A stretch of DNA of 64,000 nt from an uncultured Ignavibacteria bacterium (GTDB lineage: Bacteria > Bacteroidota > Ignavibacteria > Ch128b). Below are positions 8,992 to 17,686 of the stretch, in pieces. Under the pieces are notes generated by a model. That model ran no database searches. It had not been told where the DNA came from and saw nothing but the letters and a program-made list of their open reading frames with translations. The stretch's first letter is position 1; the number at the start of each line of letters is the position of its first letter. Position numbers and translations under genes: made by a program. Location: positions 111,372 to 175,371 of the forward strand of contig CALDZP010000034.1 of assembly GCA_937944105.1 (NCBI GenBank), written 5' to 3'.

Positions 8992-10173
8992 TTATTTTCC
9001 ATAAGGAGAGTTAAGATATTTTTTGGCGAGATAATGTGAATCACCCCAATCTTTAATAGAAAGAACATAATTATAAAATTTTATTGCCTCGTCTCTTTTA
9101 TTCATTAAATCATATACGATACCAAGATTAAGAGCTGCTGAAGTCTGAAATCCCGATTCTTCACCTTTTTTATCTATTTCTTTACATATATCTAAACATT
9201 TTTGAAAATAAAATGCTGACGAATCATACATTCCCGAAAGACGGTAATGCATTCCAATATAATAAGAGGCTTCACGCATTGCATTTTTTGTATATCCAGG
9301 TAGACTCGACTCACCCCTTCTATATACTTCCAGAAAAATTTTTGATGCGTTTTCGTAATCCCCATACTTAATGTAAGTCCTACCTAAGAAACGATGGAAA
9401 ATAGGATTCATTGGATACTGTTGATGTAATTGCAAAGCGTAGATTCGTGCCTGATAAATATCTTCTTCATAGTAATAATATAAGTTCAATAGAAAATATT
9501 TTGCTTCAGTAGATGCGAATTTAGCTTTTTCAGCGGCTGTTTTTAATTGTTGAATTCCAAGTGTTTTGTTGCCTTTAGGGAAAAAAATCATTAATGGTTT
9601 TATATATGGATATTCCTCTGGAATCACTTCGGCAAAATAGTTATAGATTCCCATGCCAAATAATATATCGTAATTGGTTGAATCTATCGACCAAGCAAGT
9701 TGAAGCAGAGGCAACGCCTCTCTTCCATCGTCGGCGGCTTTGATCCAGCTATCTCTTAAGGCTCTTAGTCTTCCTCTAAATCCAATTGCTCCACCTTTAA
9801 AGAAAATAGCATTAAGATTTTTTTCATCTTTTTTTAAGATCTGATCACAATGAAAAATTACATCTTCAAGTTTTTCAAGAAATAAGTCATCATAACTTTC
9901 GTTATCCGGATCAATGGCAATTTTCCACCAATCAATCATTGCGAGGAAAAATCTACCAGCTGGATTATGAGGGTAATCGAGCATTAGTTCTTTAAATGTA
10001 ACTTCAGCCGAATCAAATTGAATATTATAAATATATTCGATTCCTTTTTTTATTCTTGAATCAAAATCTAATGAATAATTCTGATTTTGGTCGAAAGAAT
10101 CAGGAATTATATTGATAGATGAAATTAGAATCGAATAAAACCCAAAGACGAAAATTAAAATTGCCCTTATCAT
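8992..10173 (-). CDS. TPR-repeat protein with N-terminal signal/anchor
   Basis: N-terminal hydrophobic segment, then repeated 34-aa-type A/Y/L patterns (e.g. ASYYIGMHYRLSGMYDSSAFYFQKCLDI, ALNLGIVYDLMNKRDEAIKFYNYVL). It ends 48 nt upstream of the next gene on the same strand. Confidence 0.7.
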   Translation of the reverse strand: MIRAILIFVFGFYSILISSINIIPDSFDQNQNYSLDFDSRIKKGIEYIYNIQFDSAEVTFKELMLDYPHNPAGRFFLAMIDWWKIAIDPDNESYDDLFLEKLEDVIFHCDQILKKDEKNLNAIFFKGGAIGFRGRLRALRDSWIKAADDGREALPLLQLAWSIDSTNYDILFGMGIYNYFAEVIPEEYPYIKPLMIFFPKGNKTLGIQQLKTAAEKAKFASTEAKYFLLNLYYYYEEDIYQARIYALQLHQQYPMNPIFHRFLGRTYIKYGDYENASKIFLEVYRRGESSLPGYTKNAMREASYYIGMHYRLSGMYDSSAFYFQKCLDICKEIDKKGEESGFQTSAALNLGIVYDLMNKRDEAIKFYNYVLSIKDWGDSHYLAKKYLNSPYGK

Positions 10174-10182
10174 AATAATTTA

Positions 10183-10214
10183 GGTCAGTCCGAATTTAAT
10201 TTTTCGGACTGACC
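10183..10214 (-). terminator. hairpin terminator between the lipoprotein and TPR genes
   Basis: Perfect 12-bp stem GGTCAGTCCGAA (10183-10194) / TTCGGACTGACC (10203-10214), 8-nt loop, 8 nt past the stop at 10222. The trailing sequence on the minus strand is only moderately T-rich. Confidence 0.55.
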
Positions 10215-10221
10215 ATGAAAT

Positions 10222-11115
10222 TTATTTTTTTACAACTCTAAGGTTTGTGATTGGTTGTATTTTATATTCAAACTCGGCAGTTTTATATGCATCAGTTCCA
10301 GATCCGGTTGTTCTAATATTTTTTACCCAGACTTTGACATAAATACTATCTTGAGTTTTAAGTAAATAAACATTGTCTTTAACAACAGACACAGCTGAGA
10401 GAGTAGGTTCTTCTAATCCTTCAACTAAATCAAATCCATCTTGGGCAGTTTTTGGAACAACAGCAAATTTAGTAGTTCTTGCACCTGGATAAGCAGCTTT
10501 GACATTGGGAGAATAAAATGTCAATACATTGCTTGCGGAATCAGTTCTCATGTGCAAATCAATATAAGGATAATTTGACTGACCGAATGAATATTGAGAG
10601 CCAGCACCAGTTGATGGATTCCATCCATAACCGGATTTTGCAGGGCCTGTTAATTTAAATTCATCGATCATTCCCTCACCATAAAAGACACCAGCATAAA
10701 TTACAGTTCCAAAAGGAATGCTTCGTTTGCCATCATTATTAACCGCATACACATAAGATTTGTATCTTACAAATCTTTGAATGTTTGAGATGGTTCTTTT
10801 ACGTGATTCAATTTTTGGGATAAAAACAGAATCAACTGTGTTCGTTGGTTCTCCAAGTTGATTTACAGTGTAGGTGACAACTATGTAACCCTTAAAGTCA
10901 GAGTTATCATGTTGAGGTGATTTATCCCAGCTTACAATAGCGAAGCTTTCTCCGCCGGCAATTGCGTCAACTACAACATAAACATTTGCTGGGGGATTGG
11001 GTGCTTTAGATTGTGGTGGCTCTGGTTCAGTAGATTTTGAGCAGTCAGCTGCAGTAAAGATGAAATAAATTGTAAATAAAAATAATACTAAAATTGTTTT
11101 TTTGTTTGCTTTCAT
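10222..11115 (-). CDS. hypothetical lipoprotein (beta-rich, FN3-like N-terminal part)
   Basis: Signal peptide ending in a lipobox-like FTAADC. No catalytic motif recognised. Confidence 0.6.
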   Translation of the reverse strand: MKANKKTILVLFLFTIYFIFTAADCSKSTEPEPPQSKAPNPPANVYVVVDAIAGGESFAIVSWDKSPQHDNSDFKGYIVVTYTVNQLGEPTNTVDSVFIPKIESRKRTISNIQRFVRYKSYVYAVNNDGKRSIPFGTVIYAGVFYGEGMIDEFKLTGPAKSGYGWNPSTGAGSQYSFGQSNYPYIDLHMRTDSASNVLTFYSPNVKAAYPGARTTKFAVVPKTAQDGFDLVEGLEEPTLSAVSVVKDNVYLLKTQDSIYVKVWVKNIRTTGSGTDAYKTAEFEYKIQPITNLRVVKK

Positions 11116-11130
11116 TCTAACTCCTATTAA

Positions 11131-12471
11131 TTAGTCTAACTTTTCTTTTAAAAACTCACGAATTTTATTCATATCAATTCTAATTTGTTCCATAGAATCT
11201 CTCTCTCGAATTGTAACTGTTTGATCTTGTAAAGTTTGGCTATCTACAGTTATACAATATGGAGTGCCAACTTCATCCTGTCTTCTATATCTTCTACCAA
11301 CCGCTCCTTTATCATCGTAAAATACTCTGAAGTCTCTTCTCAGGTCCTCAGTAATTTTACGAGCAATTTCAGGCATGCCATCTCTATTGACTAATGGGAA
11401 TATGCCTACCTTAATTGGTGCGAGTTTTTGATGTAATCTTAAAACAACTCGCTTTTCACCTCGGACTTCTTCTTCGTGGTAAGCGTCAATTAAAAAAGTC
11501 ATAAAGCTTCGACTTGCACCAGCAGAAGTTTCAATAATGTAGGGGATATATTTTTCGTTTATTTCATCATCAAAGTAATCTAATGCTTTCCCTGAATAAT
11601 TTGTATGTTGAGTTAAGTCAAAATTAGTTCGATTATGTATACCTTCAATTTCACCCCAACCGAAAGGGAATTCATATTCAATATCTACGGCAGCTTTTGC
11701 ATAATGTGCAAGTTTATCTTCTGGGTGAGGAGAAAATCTTAATTTTTCTTTTTTAAGTCCAAGCTCAATAAACCATTTCAATCTCTCTTCTTTCCAGTAT
11801 TCAAACCATTTCATATCATCACCTGGACGTACAAAGTATTGCATCTCCATTTGTTCGAATTCACGAGTTCTGAATAAAAAGTTTTTTGTGTTGATTTCAT
11901 TCCTGAATGCTTTACCAATTTGAGCAATCCCAAATGGAATTTTTTGTCTTGAAGAATTTAGAACATTTAAAAAATTAACGAAAATACCTTGAGCAGTTTC
12001 AGGTCGCAAATAAACAATAGCTGCATCTTCTTCCACAGGTCCGATAAAAGTTTTGAACATTAAGTTAAATTGTCGTGGTTCTGTGAATTTCCCTTCTTCC
12101 TGACACTTTATTGCTTTTCGACCTTTATAGGCTGGATTACCACACATTGCATCTTCCAATTGATCAGCACGGAAGCGAGCTTTACATTCTTTACAATCGA
12201 CCATCGGATCAGTAAAATTTGCCACATGTCCCGAAGCTTCCCAGACTTTTGGATGCATTAGAATTGCCGCATCAATTCCTTCTATATCTTCCCTGAAAGT
12301 CATTGACTGCCACCACTCACGTTTAATATTATTTAATAATTCTACTCCAAGTGGTCCATAGTCCCAGCATCCATTAAGTCCGCCATAAATTTCCGATGAC
12401 TGAAAAACAAAACCTCTTCTTTTTGCAAGAGAAACAATAGTTTCAAGAGATATATTCAAGCTTACCTCCAA
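11131..12471 (-). CDS. glyQS: glycine--tRNA ligase (homodimeric class II type)
   Basis: Characteristic N-terminus RRGFVFQSSEIYGGLNGCWDYGPLGVELLNNIKREWW, class II core motifs, and a C-terminal anticodon-binding region (PIKVGIFPL). Confidence 0.93.
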   Translation of the reverse strand: MEVSLNISLETIVSLAKRRGFVFQSSEIYGGLNGCWDYGPLGVELLNNIKREWWQSMTFREDIEGIDAAILMHPKVWEASGHVANFTDPMVDCKECKARFRADQLEDAMCGNPAYKGRKAIKCQEEGKFTEPRQFNLMFKTFIGPVEEDAAIVYLRPETAQGIFVNFLNVLNSSRQKIPFGIAQIGKAFRNEINTKNFLFRTREFEQMEMQYFVRPGDDMKWFEYWKEERLKWFIELGLKKEKLRFSPHPEDKLAHYAKAAVDIEYEFPFGWGEIEGIHNRTNFDLTQHTNYSGKALDYFDDEINEKYIPYIIETSAGASRSFMTFLIDAYHEEEVRGEKRVVLRLHQKLAPIKVGIFPLVNRDGMPEIARKITEDLRRDFRVFYDDKGAVGRRYRRQDEVGTPYCITVDSQTLQDQTVTIRERDSMEQIRIDMNKIREFLKEKLD

Positions 12472-12563
12472 AATTGTTTTAATTAAAAATAAAAATACTT
12501 AAGCTTTTTCAGGTTTACAAATATGTCCTGCAAATTGAAACTTGAATTAGATTATTGATGAGC

Positions 12564-13424
12564 CTAACGAAATAATTTTTTTATTGAGTCGATTTTTTTT
12601 TCATCAAAATTAGATTTGGTCATTTCTACTGTCATTTGTCCAAATTTTCGATAAATCTCCTTTAGGTTAGAATCAACTTTTGATAACATTTCGAGATGCT
12701 TTTTAATGACCGGTAAATCGAATCTAACTATCGGTCCCGTTAAAGAATTTTTTATACCGTATGTTTCAATGTTTTGGATTGTAGATTTTAATAAATTAAG
12801 ATATGATTTAAATACTTTCCTGCCAAAGATTTTTTCAATCTGATAAAAATTAGTAACAGTATAATTGGAAATCAAAACTGAGAAAATATGATAAAGAACT
12901 TTTTCATCCGATTTGATTTGAATAAAATTGTAATTCAATCTCTTACACAACTTTTTAGCGAATAAAGTTGCCTTGCGAGATTTACTCTCAATTGCAAAGA
13001 AGCATTCATTAAATTTTATTAATTTTTCTTTCCCGGTTATAGTCTTGACAAAACTAAAATTAGGATGAAGTGAAAAAACTTCACAACCTTTTTTCTTAAG
13101 CGGTTCTAATTCATCAGAATTTAGAGTTCCGGAAGTGTGAAATGCGAATTTATTTTTAAAATTATGAAAGGCTTTTTCAAGCTCATTTGCTACTTCATTT
13201 ATAAATCTATCTTGAACCGCAATTAAAAAAATATTGGTTTGCTCGGGAATATCAGAAAATTTTGATGAAAAAATTTCTGCTTTAACTAAAGAGGCTAATC
13301 TTTTGGCTTTATTTAAATCTTTATCTATTACAGCTAAAACATCCAGATTTTTGTTTTTGAAATCTAAAGCAAATGCACTTCCAACTTTTCCTGCACCAAT
13401 AATTGCAATCTTTAAATTATTCAT
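12564..13424 (-). CDS. Rossmann-fold NAD(P)-binding protein with DUF2520-like C-terminal domain
   Basis: N-terminal dinucleotide-binding motif IAIIGAGKVGSAF. The length and layout match the family annotated 'Rossmann-like and DUF2520 domain-containing protein'. Confidence 0.65.
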   Translation of the reverse strand: MNNLKIAIIGAGKVGSAFALDFKNKNLDVLAVIDKDLNKAKRLASLVKAEIFSSKFSDIPEQTNIFLIAVQDRFINEVANELEKAFHNFKNKFAFHTSGTLNSDELEPLKKKGCEVFSLHPNFSFVKTITGKEKLIKFNECFFAIESKSRKATLFAKKLCKRLNYNFIQIKSDEKVLYHIFSVLISNYTVTNFYQIEKIFGRKVFKSYLNLLKSTIQNIETYGIKNSLTGPIVRFDLPVIKKHLEMLSKVDSNLKEIYRKFGQMTVEMTKSNFDEKKIDSIKKLFR

Positions 13425-13437
13425 GTGATTTCAATCA

Positions 13438-14271
13438 TTAAATTTCCTTGTAAAATGCAGCCGAAAGGTATCCCACAACTTGATGCTTATCGCCACTGGC
13501 TTCACTCGAATCATTCCTATAAAGAACTTTTGATTTATTTGCTCCTAAAATTTTTGATGCACGCATCACTGTTACTATTGGGCCCCCGCCACATGCTTGA
13601 ACTTTTTCTTCTTCAAGTTCATCAATCAAAGAATCATCATCATAATTGTTAATTAATTTTTCTATTCTTGAATCGAGGCTATTGGCAACATCATGAGAAT
13701 AGTAATGTGAAAGATCTGAACTTGCAACCATAAGTATATTCTTATTCTTCAAAATTTCAGCGAGGATTTCAGCTAATGCAAAAACAAAATCTTTACTTTG
13801 ATCACCCATAACGATTGGGAGTAGTTTAAACTGATTCAAAACAACCTGAAGGAAAGGAAGCTGGACTTCAAGAGCATGTTCTCTACCATGTCCTCTTTTC
13901 GATATTTCTAAGATGCTGTTATAATCTTTCAACTGTTCACGCAATTCATGATCTATTTCTACAATACCAAGTGGTGTTTGATAAGCTGAGCCATTATAGA
14001 TGGATACACCTCTAAAATACTCATAATGACTCGGTGAAATGACAATAACTGTATCGTAATTTTTATTCTCAATTAACTTATATCCATAAGCCGCAGTTTT
14101 TCCCGAATAAAAATAACCAGCGTGAGGTGAAACAAGTCCAATTATCTCTCCAGAAATTTTGGGAGGTTTAACATTTTTGAGAAACTCATCAATAGTCTTT
14201 TTTAGTTTTACTGGCTCCCTTTCATAGAACATTCCAGCAACTGCCGGTGGTCGAATTTCTGTGGTTATCAT
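13438..14271 (-). CDS. amrB: AmmeMemoRadiSam system protein B (MEMO1 family)
   Basis: RPPAVAGMFY start and the SPHAGYFYSGKTAAYGY motif typical of Memo-like proteins. It overlaps the upstream AMMECR1 gene by 4 nt. Confidence 0.85.
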   Translation of the reverse strand: MITTEIRPPAVAGMFYEREPVKLKKTIDEFLKNVKPPKISGEIIGLVSPHAGYFYSGKTAAYGYKLIENKNYDTVIVISPSHYEYFRGVSIYNGSAYQTPLGIVEIDHELREQLKDYNSILEISKRGHGREHALEVQLPFLQVVLNQFKLLPIVMGDQSKDFVFALAEILAEILKNKNILMVASSDLSHYYSHDVANSLDSRIEKLINNYDDDSLIDELEEEKVQACGGGPIVTVMRASKILGANKSKVLYRNDSSEASGDKHQVVGYLSAAFYKEI

Positions 14272-14834
14272 TTTTCCTGCCTCCTTAATTCACTTTCGGA
14301 AAAAACTTCCGCAGTAAAAATTTCAATTATTGTTTCGGGATCTTTCCACTCGTTTTTGCTTAATCCAGCTTTCTGGCATGTGTGTTCAAGAAACTCTTTC
14401 ACCGTCCAGTTATATTTTGCCGCAACCTGAGGTAAAAGCAATCCATGGAAAGGTCCCTTCTGTATAATAAGTCCATGCTCTCCAATTTTAATATCTTCGA
14501 TATTAGTTATTTTTTTTGGTGGAGAAAGAACAGAAATTTCTATCTCAATTGAATCTAATTCTTCTTCTGTTAAAGGATAAAATCTTGGATCTTCAAAAGC
14601 TGATTTTTTAGCGACTATGTGAATGAGTTCAAAAAGTGGTTTGTCACTTATGATATAACCAATGCAACCTCTTAATTCACCATTGATTGATAATGTAACG
14701 AAAGCTCCGCATTTCTGATTTAATGATTCAGGTAATTCTTGATTGAAATTAAAACCCTCTCTTCCAAATTCTTCTTCGATGGATTTTCTCGCAATTTGTA
14801 AAAGTAATTTTTTTTCGTTATCTGTAAATTTCAT
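14268..14834 (-). CDS. amrA: AmmeMemoRadiSam system protein A (AMMECR1 domain)
   Basis: AMMECR1 core CGAFVTLSINGELRGCIGYI and DPRFYPLTEEEL...IEISVLSPP. Confidence 0.85.
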   Translation of the reverse strand: MKFTDNEKKLLLQIARKSIEEEFGREGFNFNQELPESLNQKCGAFVTLSINGELRGCIGYIISDKPLFELIHIVAKKSAFEDPRFYPLTEEELDSIEIEISVLSPPKKITNIEDIKIGEHGLIIQKGPFHGLLLPQVAAKYNWTVKEFLEHTCQKAGLSKNEWKDPETIIEIFTAEVFSESELRRQEK

Positions 14835-14842
14835 TTTTAATC

Positions 14843-15667
14843 CTATGACAACAATCTATAGCCAATAAGTTTTACTTTGTTTTGTATGAAATAAAGATAA
14901 TTATCATACATAAAAAATGAATCTGGTACTGGAGCAGGAGTTGATTGATTTAGTATTTCAAATAAGATAGGTTTTTTGTCAACTTTATCATAAATAATAA
15001 GTCGGTTTATTAAACTATGAGGCTCAATTTTATCATAATAACTAAATATAAAATAATCATTGTAATCAATGAATTCACAAAGATTAAATAATAAATTATC
15101 GCCTATTAAGGCTGAGACAATATCTTTTTGTATTTGTTCTGTATCATCGTCACCGAGGGTTTTTGTAAAAATATATCTTGAATAATCTTTCTCTGGAATG
15201 GAGTTCAAAATAGGTCTTAATTGATCCTTATTTCCAAGAGCAGCAATAATGTTACCACTTTCAATTTCTAATTGATAAAACTCTAAATTGTCTAAATTAT
15301 GAAGATATCCATAAATAAATTTGTCATCAATATCATAAAAAGTAAGATCATCATTTACCCAAAGGATATCACCAGATTTTAAATCGACATTGATTATTTT
15401 CTTATGCATTGGCATATCTGGCTTTTCAAATTGATGAAGTATCAAATAATTTGATTTAGTTCCTTCAATTCCAATCCAGAATTTCTCATTGAGAAAAGAT
15501 TTATTTTTCCAGAAAATTTTCCCCTTTAATCTATCAATACAAGAAAAATATACTTCTTTATTCTGAATATCTCTCTCTTCTACGACAATTTGATCAAGAT
15601 CAGTTAGGATAATTCTCCAAATATTTCTGCCCTGACTGTATTCAAATATTTTTTGAACTTTCTGCAT
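14843..15667 (-). CDS. hypothetical protein (beta-rich, W/Y-rich repeats)
   Basis: Clean 274-aa ORF ending 8 nt upstream of amrA on the same strand. No motif recognised with confidence. Confidence 0.55.
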   Translation of the reverse strand: MQKVQKIFEYSQGRNIWRIILTDLDQIVVEERDIQNKEVYFSCIDRLKGKIFWKNKSFLNEKFWIGIEGTKSNYLILHQFEKPDMPMHKKIINVDLKSGDILWVNDDLTFYDIDDKFIYGYLHNLDNLEFYQLEIESGNIIAALGNKDQLRPILNSIPEKDYSRYIFTKTLGDDDTEQIQKDIVSALIGDNLLFNLCEFIDYNDYFIFSYYDKIEPHSLINRLIIYDKVDKKPILFEILNQSTPAPVPDSFFMYDNYLYFIQNKVKLIGYRLLS

Positions 15668-15902
15668 AATTTTTATTCTTTTGTTAATGAAATTTAGAAA
15701 TTTATTTTGAATTATGCATATTAATCAATTATAATTCATGAAAAAATTGAATAATGATTTTACATTTGATGAACATGGGGAAAAATTAAATCCAGTAATT
15801 AAGTTAAAGTGTTTAAATAAAGTGATAAAACTAAAAACTTATCAAGTAAGATGCTATTTTGACTCAAAAATTTTGGGAAGGCGACCTGTTAAAAAATTAA
15901 AA

Positions 15903-15934
15903 AAGGCGAGGGGAAGTAACTACAACCTCGCCTT
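15903..15934 (-). terminator. intrinsic terminator of the cytochrome P460 gene
   Basis: 9-bp stem AAGGCGAGG (15903-15911) / CCTCGCCTT (15926-15934), 8 nt past the stop at 15942. On the minus strand it is followed by TTTTTTAATTTTTT. Confidence 0.75.
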
Positions 15935-15941
15935 AGTTAAA

Positions 15942-16430
15942 CTATTTCCTGTATAGACTAAAAACAAAATCTTGATCTTTCACTTGCGTGTGGCAAGCAA
16001 AACACTCTCCTTCCATGTTTTTCACTACTCGTTCTCTACTATCACCAGCAAAACCTTCAAAACCCCAGCCACCGGTATTCTTATACTTTCTTGAATTTTT
16101 AACCATTACACCAACAACTTTTCTTGAACCTTCCTGTATAGCATTGTTTTCTGTAACTACTTCAAGAAGATCAAATACAATTACGGAACCATCTTTGAAT
16201 TTATTACCAGCCTTATACCCTTCAAGAGCTTTTTTGTTGGCATAAATATGGTGAATTCCTCCGAAGGCTTCGTAAAGTGGATGACCTTTCTCAAGAATCA
16301 TTGTTTTGATGTGTGTCCAGTTTCTATAGCCTTCAGGATAAGGTACTTCGTTTCTATCAGGTAATAAAAATTTATAACCAGTAAAGATTAGACTGGCAAA
16401 GATTAGTACAATAAAAATTATTCGTTTCAT
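15942..16430 (-). CDS. cytochrome P460 family protein
   Basis: Signal peptide, about 160 aa, single C-terminal heme motif CFACH followed by DFVF..Y, and an N-terminal YRNWTHIK segment typical of P460 proteins. Confidence 0.75.
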   Translation of the reverse strand: MKRIIFIVLIFASLIFTGYKFLLPDRNEVPYPEGYRNWTHIKTMILEKGHPLYEAFGGIHHIYANKKALEGYKAGNKFKDGSVIVFDLLEVVTENNAIQEGSRKVVGVMVKNSRKYKNTGGWGFEGFAGDSRERVVKNMEGECFACHTQVKDQDFVFSLYRK

Positions 16431-16536
16431 AATTCCTCCATTTATTTTATTAATGTTATATTTATTAGGATTCCTAACTATATTAATTTAAAAAAATTGT
16501 TTGGTCAAGAGAAAAATTTTTCTCTAATATTGGAAC

Positions 16537-17487
16537 TTAAATTAAAGAGGACATTTTCTTGATGGTTTGATCAAATTCAATTATAAGTCTTTGAAAAACT
16601 TCTTCAACTGGAAGAATATTTTTAATTAATCCAGCTGATTGCCCAGCCTCAAGGGCTCCTTCTTCGATATCACCTTCGAAAATTCCTAATCGTTCTCGTT
16701 TTTCGCCCCAGATTTCTCTAAGTTTTTTTTCATCAGCACATGAATTTTCAGCTTCTATTGCTCTTAGGGCAAAATTATTTTTTAACATTCTTACAAGACC
16801 AATTTTTCTAAAACCTATAATAGTTCCATTATCCTGTGCTTCAACTATTTTTTGTTTGTAATTTTCATGTGCAGATGATTCAGTTGTTGCCGCAAATCTT
16901 GTCCCAATCTGGACACCCTCTGCACCTAATGCAAACGCAGCAGCTATCTGAGCTCCTGTTGCAATTCCACCTGCTGCTATAACTGGGATTTTAACGCTTT
17001 CAACGAGTGCTGGAATCAAACAAAAAGTTGTTATCTCATCAAATCCATTATGACCCCCGGCTTCATATCCTTCACCTACAATTGCATCGCATCCTACTTC
17101 TTCTGCTTTCTTCGCATATTTAACCGAAGGAACAACATGAACAACTTTAATATCATTTCTTTTAAGAATGTCTATATATTTCCCTGGATGACCTGCTGAA
17201 GTAAATACTATTTTTACTTTCTCTTCAATGACAACTTTTATTAATTCTTCAGCATCACCACGCAAAAGAGGAATATTGACACCAAATGGTTTTGTAGTTT
17301 TAGATTTTGCTTTTTGAATATGTTCACGTAATAATTCAGGTTTCATTGAACCAGAACCTATCAATCCGAGTCCACCACAATTACTTACAGCTGTTGCAAG
17401 TTTATAACCAGAAACCCAAACCATACCCGCTTGAATAATTGGATATTCAATTTTAAATAAATCAGTTATTCGGTTTTTAATTTTCAT
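16537..17487 (-). CDS. NAD(P)H-dependent flavin oxidoreductase (nitronate monooxygenase / FabK-like TIM barrel)
   Basis: YPIIQAGMVWVSGYKLATAVSNCGGLGLIG N-terminus and the AAGGIATGAQIAAAFALGAEGVQIGTRF FMN-binding region. Confidence 0.85.
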   Translation of the reverse strand: MKIKNRITDLFKIEYPIIQAGMVWVSGYKLATAVSNCGGLGLIGSGSMKPELLREHIQKAKSKTTKPFGVNIPLLRGDAEELIKVVIEEKVKIVFTSAGHPGKYIDILKRNDIKVVHVVPSVKYAKKAEEVGCDAIVGEGYEAGGHNGFDEITTFCLIPALVESVKIPVIAAGGIATGAQIAAAFALGAEGVQIGTRFAATTESSAHENYKQKIVEAQDNGTIIGFRKIGLVRMLKNNFALRAIEAENSCADEKKLREIWGEKRERLGIFEGDIEEGALEAGQSAGLIKNILPVEEVFQRLIIEFDQTIKKMSSLI

Positions 17488-17686
17488 TTTCTTTACTCTT
17501 TTTTTTGTAAAATTAATAATAATAACTTTTTTGATTTATTATTATCAAATGAAATGAGAGATTTCAAAAAATCTTAGAAAGCTAAAGTTTTGATTTTTTG
17601 TCATTAAGATTTCATAAAAATTTTTAATTTGATAAAACATCTTCAATTTATAATTTGCTTTCAATTAAAATTAAAATGAGGTAAAA

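Noticed and set aside
13425-13652. 75-aa plus-strand ORF overlapping amrB, and 13234-13428 overlapping the DUF2520 gene
   Set aside because: They lie opposite motif-supported genes, and the product is His/Leu-rich and low in complexity.
15738-15956. 72-aa plus-strand ORF between the hypothetical gene and the cytochrome P460 gene
   Set aside because: Its 3' end runs through the P460 terminator hairpin (15903-15934) and overlaps the P460 stop. The product is lysine-rich and low in complexity, and there is no Shine-Dalgarno site. It is most likely spurious in AT-rich spacer.
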